The position numbers and the translations under genes were made by a program. The notes under the pieces were generated by a model. It had not been told where the DNA came from and made no database searches. It worked only from the letters and a program-made list of their open reading frames with translations. This document shows positions 50,135 through 58,352 of a DNA stretch of 64,000 bases, one piece after another. Origin of the DNA: an uncultured Solirubrobacterales bacterium (GTDB taxonomy: Bacteria > Actinomycetota > Thermoleophilia > Solirubrobacterales > 70-9); NCBI GenBank assembly GCA_963722965.1, contig CAVROX010000007.1, positions 149,040 through 213,039 of the forward strand. The letters run 5' to 3'. Within the stretch, counting starts at the first letter, position 1. Every line of letters starts with the position of its first letter.

Positions 50135-50334
50135 AGGGGCGGGCGCGGACTCGCAGGCGGGTCGCAAGCTCAAAATCAAAAAAAAGTCCCCCCGTTTGGG
50201 AACGCGGTGGGCGCATTCTGCTTCGTTGGCCTATTCGCTACCTTTGCGGCAGGAGCCCGATCTGGCGCTTTCTCCCCTGGGACCGCCGGCCCCGCTTTGG
50301 CTCCCGGACTCATATCGGCGCCCGGAGTTTCCAG

Positions 50335-53277
50335 TTGAACTTTCGTCGTGCCGATCCCAGAGACCGCCCCCGGCTGCCCGCGGAAGATGGAGCATGCAGG
50401 CCGACCTCCACTCGAGCAGCCTGCGCCCTCGCCATCATGTGCTCGTCCCTTGCGGTCCTCGCATTCAATGCTTCCCCAGCCGCCGCCGCGTTGAAGTTCC
50501 AGTCGGCAGGCCAGCTTCCGTATGGGTTCAACTTCCTGCTTGCCGGGGGCGTCGCCATCAACGATCACAACGGTCACATCTACGTGGCCGATTCGGGTTC
50601 GGCCCGCGTACTGGACTTTGCCTCTCCCACGGACGAATCGCCCGCGGAATGGGACGGCTCGAACACCCCTGCGGGGTCGTTCGGCGGACACGTATCGGTG
50701 GCAGTCGATAACTCAACCGGCGACGTTTACGTCGCCGATCTTGGCCATGCGGTGATCGACAAGTTCGACGACGAAGGCAATCTGATCACCAGCTTTGGCG
50801 ACACCACGCCGAGTCCCAACGGGCAGTTGGCTGGCTCCGCGACCCCGGCCGGGTCGTTTTCACCCCCCGAAGACGGCTACAGCTCGTTTGCGATCGCCGT
50901 CGATCAGGCTACCCATGATCTCTTCGCGGTTGACGCCCACCATCAAGTCATCGACGTCTTCGACGAAAACGGCGCCTATTTGCGCCAGATCACAGCGAGC
51001 GCAGGCGGTCTTTACCGCTATGGGGGCGAATACACAACAGCCCTCGCCGTGGACTCGAGCGGGAATGTCTACGTCGGCGACTGGGCAGGGCCGAACCTCG
51101 TCTTTCAGTTCGACTCCTCTGGCGGCTTCGTGCGGACGCTCGACGGGTCCAATACACCTGATGGAGATTTCTCCCCCAATAGCACGGGCTGCTGCTTGAT
51201 CTCAGTTGCGACCGACGATGCGTCGGAAAGGCTCTTTGTCGGCTCCCTAGCCAACAGCGATTTCGACGTCTTTGACAGCTCGGGCAACTTCATCCCGCCC
51301 CAGGGCCTCGGAGCCGGTTCCTACGTTAGTGGCATTGCGGTGGACCAGTCGACCGGTGACGTCTATGTATCCAACGGCGGTAGCGTCAATATCTTCAAGC
51401 CGATCACGGTTCCCAACGTGAGCACCGGAGCACCCACCGAAGTCAGTGCCACCGCCGCGACCCTAAACGGACACATGGACCCAGCTGGCGGAGGGGGGAT
51501 CACCGAATGTAACTTCGAATACGAAAGTCCATCATCCGGCCCACAGCTTGCTGCGTGCTCGACCAATCCGCCATCCAATCCCCCATATGCGTCCCCGACC
51601 GGCGTAAGCGCGACTGTGTCAGGGTTGAGCCCGGGTACAAAATACACCTATCGCCTGGTCGCGGCGAATGCGAATGGCAATAACACGAGCGCAAGCGAAA
51701 GCGCGGTCACAGCCGGGCGCTACCAATTTGATGCCGACATCGGTGCGTCGGGATCCGGCGATGGACAGCTGCTGAATCCACAGGACGTTGCGGTTGACGA
51801 CTCGACCGGGGATATCTACGTGGCGGATACCGGCAATCACCGCGTAATGAAATTCGACTCTTCCGGCCATTTCCTTGCCGCGTGGGGTTGGGGCGTTACT
51901 GACGGGGCGCCGATAAGCGAGGTCTGCACATCTGGTTGTCGCGCCGGCATTTCCGGGTTGGGTGCGGGTCAGTTCAGATCGCCGACTTTCATCGAAGTCG
52001 ACAATTCGTCGGGACCTTCGGCCGGCGACGTCTACGTCGCCGACGTCTCCGACAACGTCGTGCAAAAGTTTGAACCGTCTGGGAGCCTTGTGACCGAATG
52101 GGGCGTCAAGGGGGCTACAACTTATGGCGCTGGAATCGCGGGAATGGCGGTGAGCACGAACGGATTGCTAGTTATCGAAGAAGAGGGCGGGCACCCGATC
52201 GCCATTGACTCGTTCGGAAATGTAGTTTCGGGACAGACCGGCATCGCGATTGACACTTCGACGGATGACAGGTTTATAGACGTCGGCAACAGTATTGAAG
52301 CGTCGAACGTAGTCGGCACAACCTATGACGTGTTCGGCCTAGGAAACCTGCACTCCTCAGCGGGGGTTGCTTTCGATCAATCGAGCAAGACGGTCTACGT
52401 CGCTGATACGGGGGATAACGAGATTGCTGCATTCATTCCTCGACCGGCCCCGAAACTGACGACTGCACCGGTTACCAATCCCGGTGCGACCTCTGTGACG
52501 GTGGACGGCACGGTCGATCCGAACGACGGCGGAGAAGTGACTGACTGTCACTTCGAATACGGTACGAATACCAGCTACAACCTGGGAGATGTCCCTTGTT
52601 CCCCAGGTGTGCCACTCTCGGCGCCGGCCAATGTCAGCGCAGTCATCAGCGGCCTGTCGCCCTTTACCACATACCATTTCCGCTTGGCGGCGACCGGCTC
52701 GAACGATCTCGGATTTTATAGCTATAGCCCCGATCTTAGCTTCACGACGGTCGAAGGCGGCGCTCCGGTCATCGATGACACATTCGCCTCTGACCCAACG
52801 GAAACCAGCGCGACCCTGGGAGCGGAAGTGAATCCGAACTTTGGCGCGACGATTATCCGTTTTGAATATGGGAATAACCTGTCCTACGGGCTCCGAACCG
52901 CCCCAACGGAACCGATCGAAGGCGACGGCGTCGACCACCATGCTGCAGCTCCGGTATTTGAACTGGCCCCTGGAACGACCTATCACTTCCGGGTCGTCGC
53001 GACGAATTTCGCCGGTACTACCAAAGGGCCAGACGAGACTTTCACAACCCACGCGCGGCAGCCCGCGTCGCCCGCTCCGACGCCGCCCGGGACCCCGATT
53101 CCCCAGATCCCGGGACCGTCACCTGTAACTGCACCCTGCAAATCGCATTACGTCCGGCGCCGCGGAAAGTGCATCAGGCGGAAGCATCATCCACGGAAGC
53201 ATCATCCACGGAAGCATCGACGCAACCACGATCGCCCCGACCCAAGACGACATCGCGATTGGAGGCTTAGTCGGTGA
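50335..53277 (+). CDS. giant secreted protein A: two NHL-type beta-propellers, three FN3-like domains, His/Arg-rich tail
   Basis: 980 aa with the signal-like 'CSSLAVLAFNASPAAAA'. NHL blades recur ('GHIYVADSGSARVLDF', 'GDVYVADLGHAVIDKFD', 'GDIYVADTGNHRVMKFDSSG', 'TVYVADTGDNEIAAF'). FN3-like units recur ('ATLNGHMDPAGGGGITECNFEY...SGLSPGTKYTYRLVAANANG'). The tail is 'CKSHYVRRRGKCIRRKHHPRKHHPRKHRRNHDRPDPRRHRDW'. The start codon is uncertain: TTG 50335, or the internal ATG at 'MCSS'. Confidence 0.85.
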   Translation: MNFRRADPRDRPRLPAEDGACRPTSTRAACALAIMCSSLAVLAFNASPAAAALKFQSAGQLPYGFNFLLAGGVAINDHNGHIYVADSGSARVLDFASPTDESPAEWDGSNTPAGSFGGHVSVAVDNSTGDVYVADLGHAVIDKFDDEGNLITSFGDTTPSPNGQLAGSATPAGSFSPPEDGYSSFAIAVDQATHDLFAVDAHHQVIDVFDENGAYLRQITASAGGLYRYGGEYTTALAVDSSGNVYVGDWAGPNLVFQFDSSGGFVRTLDGSNTPDGDFSPNSTGCCLISVATDDASERLFVGSLANSDFDVFDSSGNFIPPQGLGAGSYVSGIAVDQSTGDVYVSNGGSVNIFKPITVPNVSTGAPTEVSATAATLNGHMDPAGGGGITECNFEYESPSSGPQLAACSTNPPSNPPYASPTGVSATVSGLSPGTKYTYRLVAANANGNNTSASESAVTAGRYQFDADIGASGSGDGQLLNPQDVAVDDSTGDIYVADTGNHRVMKFDSSGHFLAAWGWGVTDGAPISEVCTSGCRAGISGLGAGQFRSPTFIEVDNSSGPSAGDVYVADVSDNVVQKFEPSGSLVTEWGVKGATTYGAGIAGMAVSTNGLLVIEEEGGHPIAIDSFGNVVSGQTGIAIDTSTDDRFIDVGNSIEASNVVGTTYDVFGLGNLHSSAGVAFDQSSKTVYVADTGDNEIAAFIPRPAPKLTTAPVTNPGATSVTVDGTVDPNDGGEVTDCHFEYGTNTSYNLGDVPCSPGVPLSAPANVSAVISGLSPFTTYHFRLAATGSNDLGFYSYSPDLSFTTVEGGAPVIDDTFASDPTETSATLGAEVNPNFGATIIRFEYGNNLSYGLRTAPTEPIEGDGVDHHAAAPVFELAPGTTYHFRVVATNFAGTTKGPDETFTTHARQPASPAPTPPGTPIPQIPGPSPVTAPCKSHYVRRRGKCIRRKHHPRKHHPRKHRRNHDRPDPRRHRDWRLSR

Positions 53278-56200
53278 GTGTCGCCTCCTTCAAACGGTCT
53301 CCGGTGGGCGCTTTCACCGTGCGGCAGCAACTGGTCATCGCTGCAACGGTGTTTGTCGTGCTCCTCAGCGGAATGCTGTGGCTTGTTGCCCCCGCGGAGG
53401 CGGAAGTTACGCACGTCTTCTCGACGACGTTTGGCGCCACCGGATCCAGCCCGCCAGATCCTTACCCGCTTTCCCAACCGACTGACACAGCTGTCGATAA
53501 CTCTACGGACAGCTCGGCCCATGACATCTACGTCACTGATGGGGCAAACCACTGGGTCGAGAAGTTCGACCCGACCGGCCAGCTGATTTGGATCATAGGC
53601 AAGGAGGTCAACAAGACTGCAGTTGAATCTTTCGGGACCGAAGCCGAACAAAACCTTTGTGTGAGCGCCTCGGGCGACGAATGTCAGCCCGGAACCTCTG
53701 CGGCGTCGCCAGGGGCATTTGCGACGCCCACCTTCGTGGCTGTCGACAGTTCGAGCAGCGCCTCTGAAGGCGACCTCTATGTCGGCGATACGGGTAATCA
53801 CAACGTCAGCAAGTTCGAAGCAGACGGCGCTCTTGTCACCTCTTGGAAAGCCGGCGGCCAACTGTTGGGCTTTCCAGAACTCGCGGGGCTGGCCGTCGAC
53901 GGTTCCGGCACCCTCTACGTCCTTAATGGGACACAGATGTCCAAGTTTGCCCCGGCAGGCGCATCCGCGGGGGAATTCGAAACAGCTGCTGGAACTGCAG
54001 CGGACGGCATCGCTGTTGACTCGACGGGCGCGATTTACAAGGCGCGCGGGAACGGAGCGATCGTTAAGTTAAACGCCTCTGGCAGCGAACTAGTCGAAAA
54101 AATCGGATGCTTTTGCGCGACGGGCGTTGCCGTGGACCCCAGCGGGGATGATCTCTATGCTTCCGAAGGTGCAACGGTCTCGCGGTACAGGTTCGACGGC
54201 TCGCCGGTGGAAACATTTGGCTCCGGGCAGCTGAGCGGCGCGGAGGGGCTATCCGTCGACGTCGAAACTGGTGACGCATTCGTTGCGAACACGGGCGCAG
54301 GAAGCGTCGCTGTCTTCGGGACTCTCACCACACCTAACGTAACAGCGAAACCAGCCACGGAACTGACGCCGGGGACTGCGACCCTTAACGGCCACGTCGA
54401 TCCAGTCGGAGCCGGCGAAGCGACGGACTGTCATTTTGAATACGTGTCGGCAGGAGCCTATCGCTCGACGGGTTTCGCGAACCTCTCCACAGGAGGCCGG
54501 GTACCCTGCGCCGAAGGGTCGACGATGTCCACAGCCACCGACGTGCATGCAGTGCTAACCGGGCTCAGTCTTCTCACGACGAGGTACCGGTACCGACTCG
54601 TCGCCGAAAACGCCAACGGCGTCAGCACGAGCTTGGCCGAGCCACTGGAACCGGTGTCCCACGTCTTCGCCTTCTCCTTCTCAGGCTCTGGTACCGACGC
54701 ACTGTCGGAACCAAGCGACGTTGAAGTCGATCAGACAAGTCACGACATCTACGTAACCGACCCACCCGATCACCGAGTCGAGAAGTTCAGTCCTGCCGGC
54801 GAATTTATTCTGATGTTTGGCAAGGAAGTCGATCAGAGCACCGGTGGTGATGTCTGCTCCGCGGCGAGCGGAGACATCTGCACAGTGGGTGCGTCGGCGG
54901 CGAGTCCAGGGGGATTCGAACAGCCGACATACCTAGCAGTAGACAGTTCCAGTGGCGACGTATACGTTGCCGACACCGGCGACAATCTGGTATCTAAATT
55001 TGACGCTTCAGGGCACATCATCGCTAGTTGGGGTCAGGGAGGCCAGAAGGACGGATCCGACGCGACAGAACTGCCCGTCTTCGGTCCCATCGGTGGCATC
55101 GTAACGGATCCCAATGGCAACCTCTACATATTTGGTACGCATTACGCCACCGATATTTGGACATACTCTCCTAGCGGAAAATTCGATGGATGGTTTGAGC
55201 ACGCGCTCGGCATATTTAACGCGGGTGAAACCGAAGTGTCAATCGCACCGACACTTACCTTCGACCCCGCCAGTAATGAACTCTATGAAGTCAGCGAAAC
55301 CGAACAGCAGATCAACCACTACAACTCTAACTGCCTTCCCTGTGATCCGGTGGACACGTTCGGCAGCGGCTACCTCAACACCCCGGCAGGGTTATCGGTT
55401 GACGGGTCCTCGCACGCGGTTTATGTCGCCGACCGATCGGCAGACGACGTTGCTGTTTTCGATGACGCTCGGCCGGTCACGACAACCAGTGCTCCTACCG
55501 AAGCGACGGAAACGGCTGTCACTCTCACCGGGCATGTCGACCCCGCTGGCCGGGGGGCCATCACGACCTGCTTCTTTGAATATGGGTTCGATAGGACCTA
55601 CGGTCACATCGTGCCCTGTGAACCGGACCCCTCCGCGAACCCCCCATCCTCTCACTTCACCGCTCCAACGCAGGTAACGGCGAGGGTTACCGGTCTGTCT
55701 TCTGCGACCCGGGATCACTATCGTCTGATTACTGCTAACTCTGCCAACGGAATCGGCGTTGGCTTAGACGAAACCTTTACCACCACACAGGCTCCTACTG
55801 TCGACGGGATTGCGTCGGCAAATCTCACCGCGACAACCGCAGACCTCAACGCTCAGGTTAACCCCAACGGGCTCGAAACGACCTACCGGTTCGAATACGG
55901 GCCGTCGACGGACTACGGTAACTCGGCGCCGGTGCCCGATGGAACGATCGCCGCGGGCAATGTCGATCAGGGGGTCGCGGTTCACCTCGAAGGGCTCACG
56001 CCCCATGTCGTCTATCACTATCGCCTGGTGGCGACAAATGCCGATGGAGCCACCGTAACCGGTGACTTGACGTTTAACTTCTATCCGCCCGCTTGTCCGA
56101 ACGAAAACGTACGCCAGCAGACCCGGTCCAACTATCTGCCCGACTGCCGTGCCTACGAGCTCGTCTCCCCCGAAAATGCGGGCGGCACACAGCTCTTCCC

Positions 56201-58352
56201 GGGGGGGCCGAACACCGGCCTCGCCTCCAGTCCGTCGCGCTTTGCCTACACGGGGCTCTACTCCTCGATTCCCGGATCTGGCGGCAGCCCAATTGATAGC
56301 AACGGCGACCTCTACGTTGCGAGCCGGACGAGCACCGGCTGGGTCAGCCGTTACGTTGGGCTCCCAGCCAGCCAATCTGCCCTCGACGGCGGGCCGGTGC
56401 AGGGGCCGCCAGGCTCGGCCAGCGGGGCCGCCAATACGGGGACGGCATCGGATGTCTCGGCCGACGCGGATACCTTCCCGAGTCTGATCGAGAATGGGGT
56501 CATGACCGATCCGGCGATGGATAGATTCCTGGTCTGGAATGGGCCACCGGCCGCATCGGACGCGCCGTTTGTCATGAGCGCGGAAGGCAGCCTCCTCGAT
56601 CGCTGGCCGACCAATCTGGGCACCACGCCCAGCGGCAGCTATCCCCCCGAATTGGGCATATACGGCGGTAACACCGCTCCTGGTGGCGAGCACGCGCTCG
56701 ACTGTCCGGCGGGCCAGTCGGCTACCAGCATCTTCTCTTATAACAGCCTTTGCCCCGGCGACGCGACGGCGTCGGCCAATCTGAGCCATTTCGTCTTCGC
56801 CACCGAGTGGAATGCTTTTGCGGTCGATGGCCAGCTGGGGCCGCCGGGATCCGTCTATGACAATGACACCGAAACCGACACGGTCGCAGTGGCTTCGGTG
56901 CTTGGAAGCGGAAACCCAATTCCGAGCGAGCCGAGTGATCCGGTTGGTGATCCGCTGCAGATTCCTGCGGTGTCAAGCGATGGGTCACACATCCTCATGG
57001 CGAGCGGCGCGACGGGACCGTGCGGTGCTGCGAGCTGTCCCATACCATACTGCGGCAGCGCCTTCTATGGAGATGTCGACCGCTGTCCAATGCAGACCAG
57101 CCACCTCTACATGCGGGTCGACGGCGCCGTTACCTACGACGTGTCACAGGGCCATGACGTTGAATTTGTCGGCATGAGCCCGGACGGTTCCAAGGTGTAC
57201 TTCACTTCGAGCGAACAGCTGACTCCGAACGACCACGACACCAGCACAGACCTATACATGTGGAGCGAAGAAACAAATGCCCTCACCTTGATTTCGATTG
57301 GCAGTGGCGGATCAGGTAATAGCGACGCGTGTAATGCGAGCTTCACCACAAGGTGCGGAGTGGTGCCATATTCTAGCCATACCTACTGCCAGCTCTCCAA
57401 CGCGGACGGCGGCAACTGCCTCTCCGATAACTCCATCGCCCAAAACGGTGACATCTATTTCTACTCGCCCGAACAACTCGACGGCTCGCGTGGGATTCCG
57501 AACCAACAGAACCTCTACGATTATCGCGAAGGGCACCCGCAGTTCGTCGCCACGCTGACGGGCGGTCCCTACTGCAGCGGCGAAATTGGTGCCTTCGGGG
57601 CTTGTACAGAAGGCCCGATCGTGAGGATGCAGATAACGCCCAGTGACACCCATATGGCGTTCGTCACCGCCAGCCAGGTGACCCAGTACGAAAACGCGGG
57701 TCACCTGGAGATGTACACCTACGAACCCTCCACCCGCGATCTTGTTTGCGTCTCCTGCATCCCGAGCGGCGCCCCGCCGACCTCCAATGTTGGGGCCAGC
57801 CAGGACGGCCTCTTCCTTACCGATGACGGGCGGACCTTCTTTACCACCGAAGATGCCCTCGTCTCGACCGACACCAACAACCGCCAGGATGTCTATGAGT
57901 ACGTCGACGGGCGCCCGCAGCTGATCACCCCGGGCACCGGTGATACGCAGGGAACGACACTTGGCATCCTCGGTTCTCCTGGGCTCGTCGGGGTTAGCGC
58001 CAACGGCACCGACGTCTACTTCTCAACGTTCGACACCCTCGCCAGCCAGGATCACAACGGGAGCTTCCTTAAGTTCTACGACGCCCGCGCAGGCGGCGGC
58101 TTTCCGGCCCCGGCGCCGCAGCCTCCCTGCGAAGCCGCCGACGAGTGCCACGGCGCTGGCAGCTCACCGCCCCCAGCCCCGAAGATCGGGACCTTGGCGC
58201 CCTTGGGGGCCGGCGCCGGTGGGCACAAATCCAGACATGCCAAGCATCGGAGGCATCGGAGGCATCGGAAGTATTCGCGAAGGCACCGCGGGGCTCAACA
58301 CGACCCAGGGCGCCGATCGGACGACGACGGCCACGCGGGACTTGGCCGATGA
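53274..58352 (+). CDS. giant secreted protein B: NHL propellers, three FN3-like domains, PD40/TolB-like C-terminal region, His/Arg-rich tail
   Basis: 1692 aa. GTGA overlap with protein A. N-terminal TM/signal 'LVIAATVFVVLLSGMLWLVAPAEA'. NHL blades ('HDIYVTDGANHWVEKFDPTG', 'GDLYVGDTGNHNVSKFEADG', 'HDIYVTDPPDHRVEKFSPAG'). FN3-like 'ATLNGHVDPVGAGEATDCHFEY'. After 'CPNENVRQQTRSNYLPDCRAYELVSP' come PD40-like repeats ('SSDGSHILMAS', 'SPDGSKVYFTSSEQL...DLYMW'). The tail is 'GGHKSRHAKHRRHRRHRKYSRRHRG'. Confidence 0.9.
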   Translation: MSVASFKRSPVGAFTVRQQLVIAATVFVVLLSGMLWLVAPAEAEVTHVFSTTFGATGSSPPDPYPLSQPTDTAVDNSTDSSAHDIYVTDGANHWVEKFDPTGQLIWIIGKEVNKTAVESFGTEAEQNLCVSASGDECQPGTSAASPGAFATPTFVAVDSSSSASEGDLYVGDTGNHNVSKFEADGALVTSWKAGGQLLGFPELAGLAVDGSGTLYVLNGTQMSKFAPAGASAGEFETAAGTAADGIAVDSTGAIYKARGNGAIVKLNASGSELVEKIGCFCATGVAVDPSGDDLYASEGATVSRYRFDGSPVETFGSGQLSGAEGLSVDVETGDAFVANTGAGSVAVFGTLTTPNVTAKPATELTPGTATLNGHVDPVGAGEATDCHFEYVSAGAYRSTGFANLSTGGRVPCAEGSTMSTATDVHAVLTGLSLLTTRYRYRLVAENANGVSTSLAEPLEPVSHVFAFSFSGSGTDALSEPSDVEVDQTSHDIYVTDPPDHRVEKFSPAGEFILMFGKEVDQSTGGDVCSAASGDICTVGASAASPGGFEQPTYLAVDSSSGDVYVADTGDNLVSKFDASGHIIASWGQGGQKDGSDATELPVFGPIGGIVTDPNGNLYIFGTHYATDIWTYSPSGKFDGWFEHALGIFNAGETEVSIAPTLTFDPASNELYEVSETEQQINHYNSNCLPCDPVDTFGSGYLNTPAGLSVDGSSHAVYVADRSADDVAVFDDARPVTTTSAPTEATETAVTLTGHVDPAGRGAITTCFFEYGFDRTYGHIVPCEPDPSANPPSSHFTAPTQVTARVTGLSSATRDHYRLITANSANGIGVGLDETFTTTQAPTVDGIASANLTATTADLNAQVNPNGLETTYRFEYGPSTDYGNSAPVPDGTIAAGNVDQGVAVHLEGLTPHVVYHYRLVATNADGATVTGDLTFNFYPPACPNENVRQQTRSNYLPDCRAYELVSPENAGGTQLFPGGPNTGLASSPSRFAYTGLYSSIPGSGGSPIDSNGDLYVASRTSTGWVSRYVGLPASQSALDGGPVQGPPGSASGAANTGTASDVSADADTFPSLIENGVMTDPAMDRFLVWNGPPAASDAPFVMSAEGSLLDRWPTNLGTTPSGSYPPELGIYGGNTAPGGEHALDCPAGQSATSIFSYNSLCPGDATASANLSHFVFATEWNAFAVDGQLGPPGSVYDNDTETDTVAVASVLGSGNPIPSEPSDPVGDPLQIPAVSSDGSHILMASGATGPCGAASCPIPYCGSAFYGDVDRCPMQTSHLYMRVDGAVTYDVSQGHDVEFVGMSPDGSKVYFTSSEQLTPNDHDTSTDLYMWSEETNALTLISIGSGGSGNSDACNASFTTRCGVVPYSSHTYCQLSNADGGNCLSDNSIAQNGDIYFYSPEQLDGSRGIPNQQNLYDYREGHPQFVATLTGGPYCSGEIGAFGACTEGPIVRMQITPSDTHMAFVTASQVTQYENAGHLEMYTYEPSTRDLVCVSCIPSGAPPTSNVGASQDGLFLTDDGRTFFTTEDALVSTDTNNRQDVYEYVDGRPQLITPGTGDTQGTTLGILGSPGLVGVSANGTDVYFSTFDTLASQDHNGSFLKFYDARAGGGFPAPAPQPPCEAADECHGAGSSPPPAPKIGTLAPLGAGAGGHKSRHAKHRRHRRHRKYSRRHRGAQHDPGRRSDDDGHAGLGR

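Noticed and set aside
58145-58348. Upstream start (58145) for protein C as given in the ORF track
   Set aside because: This segment lies inside protein B in another frame and encodes Arg/Pro-rich sequence. The ATG at 58349 overlaps the B stop (ATGA) and is followed directly by a good signal peptide.
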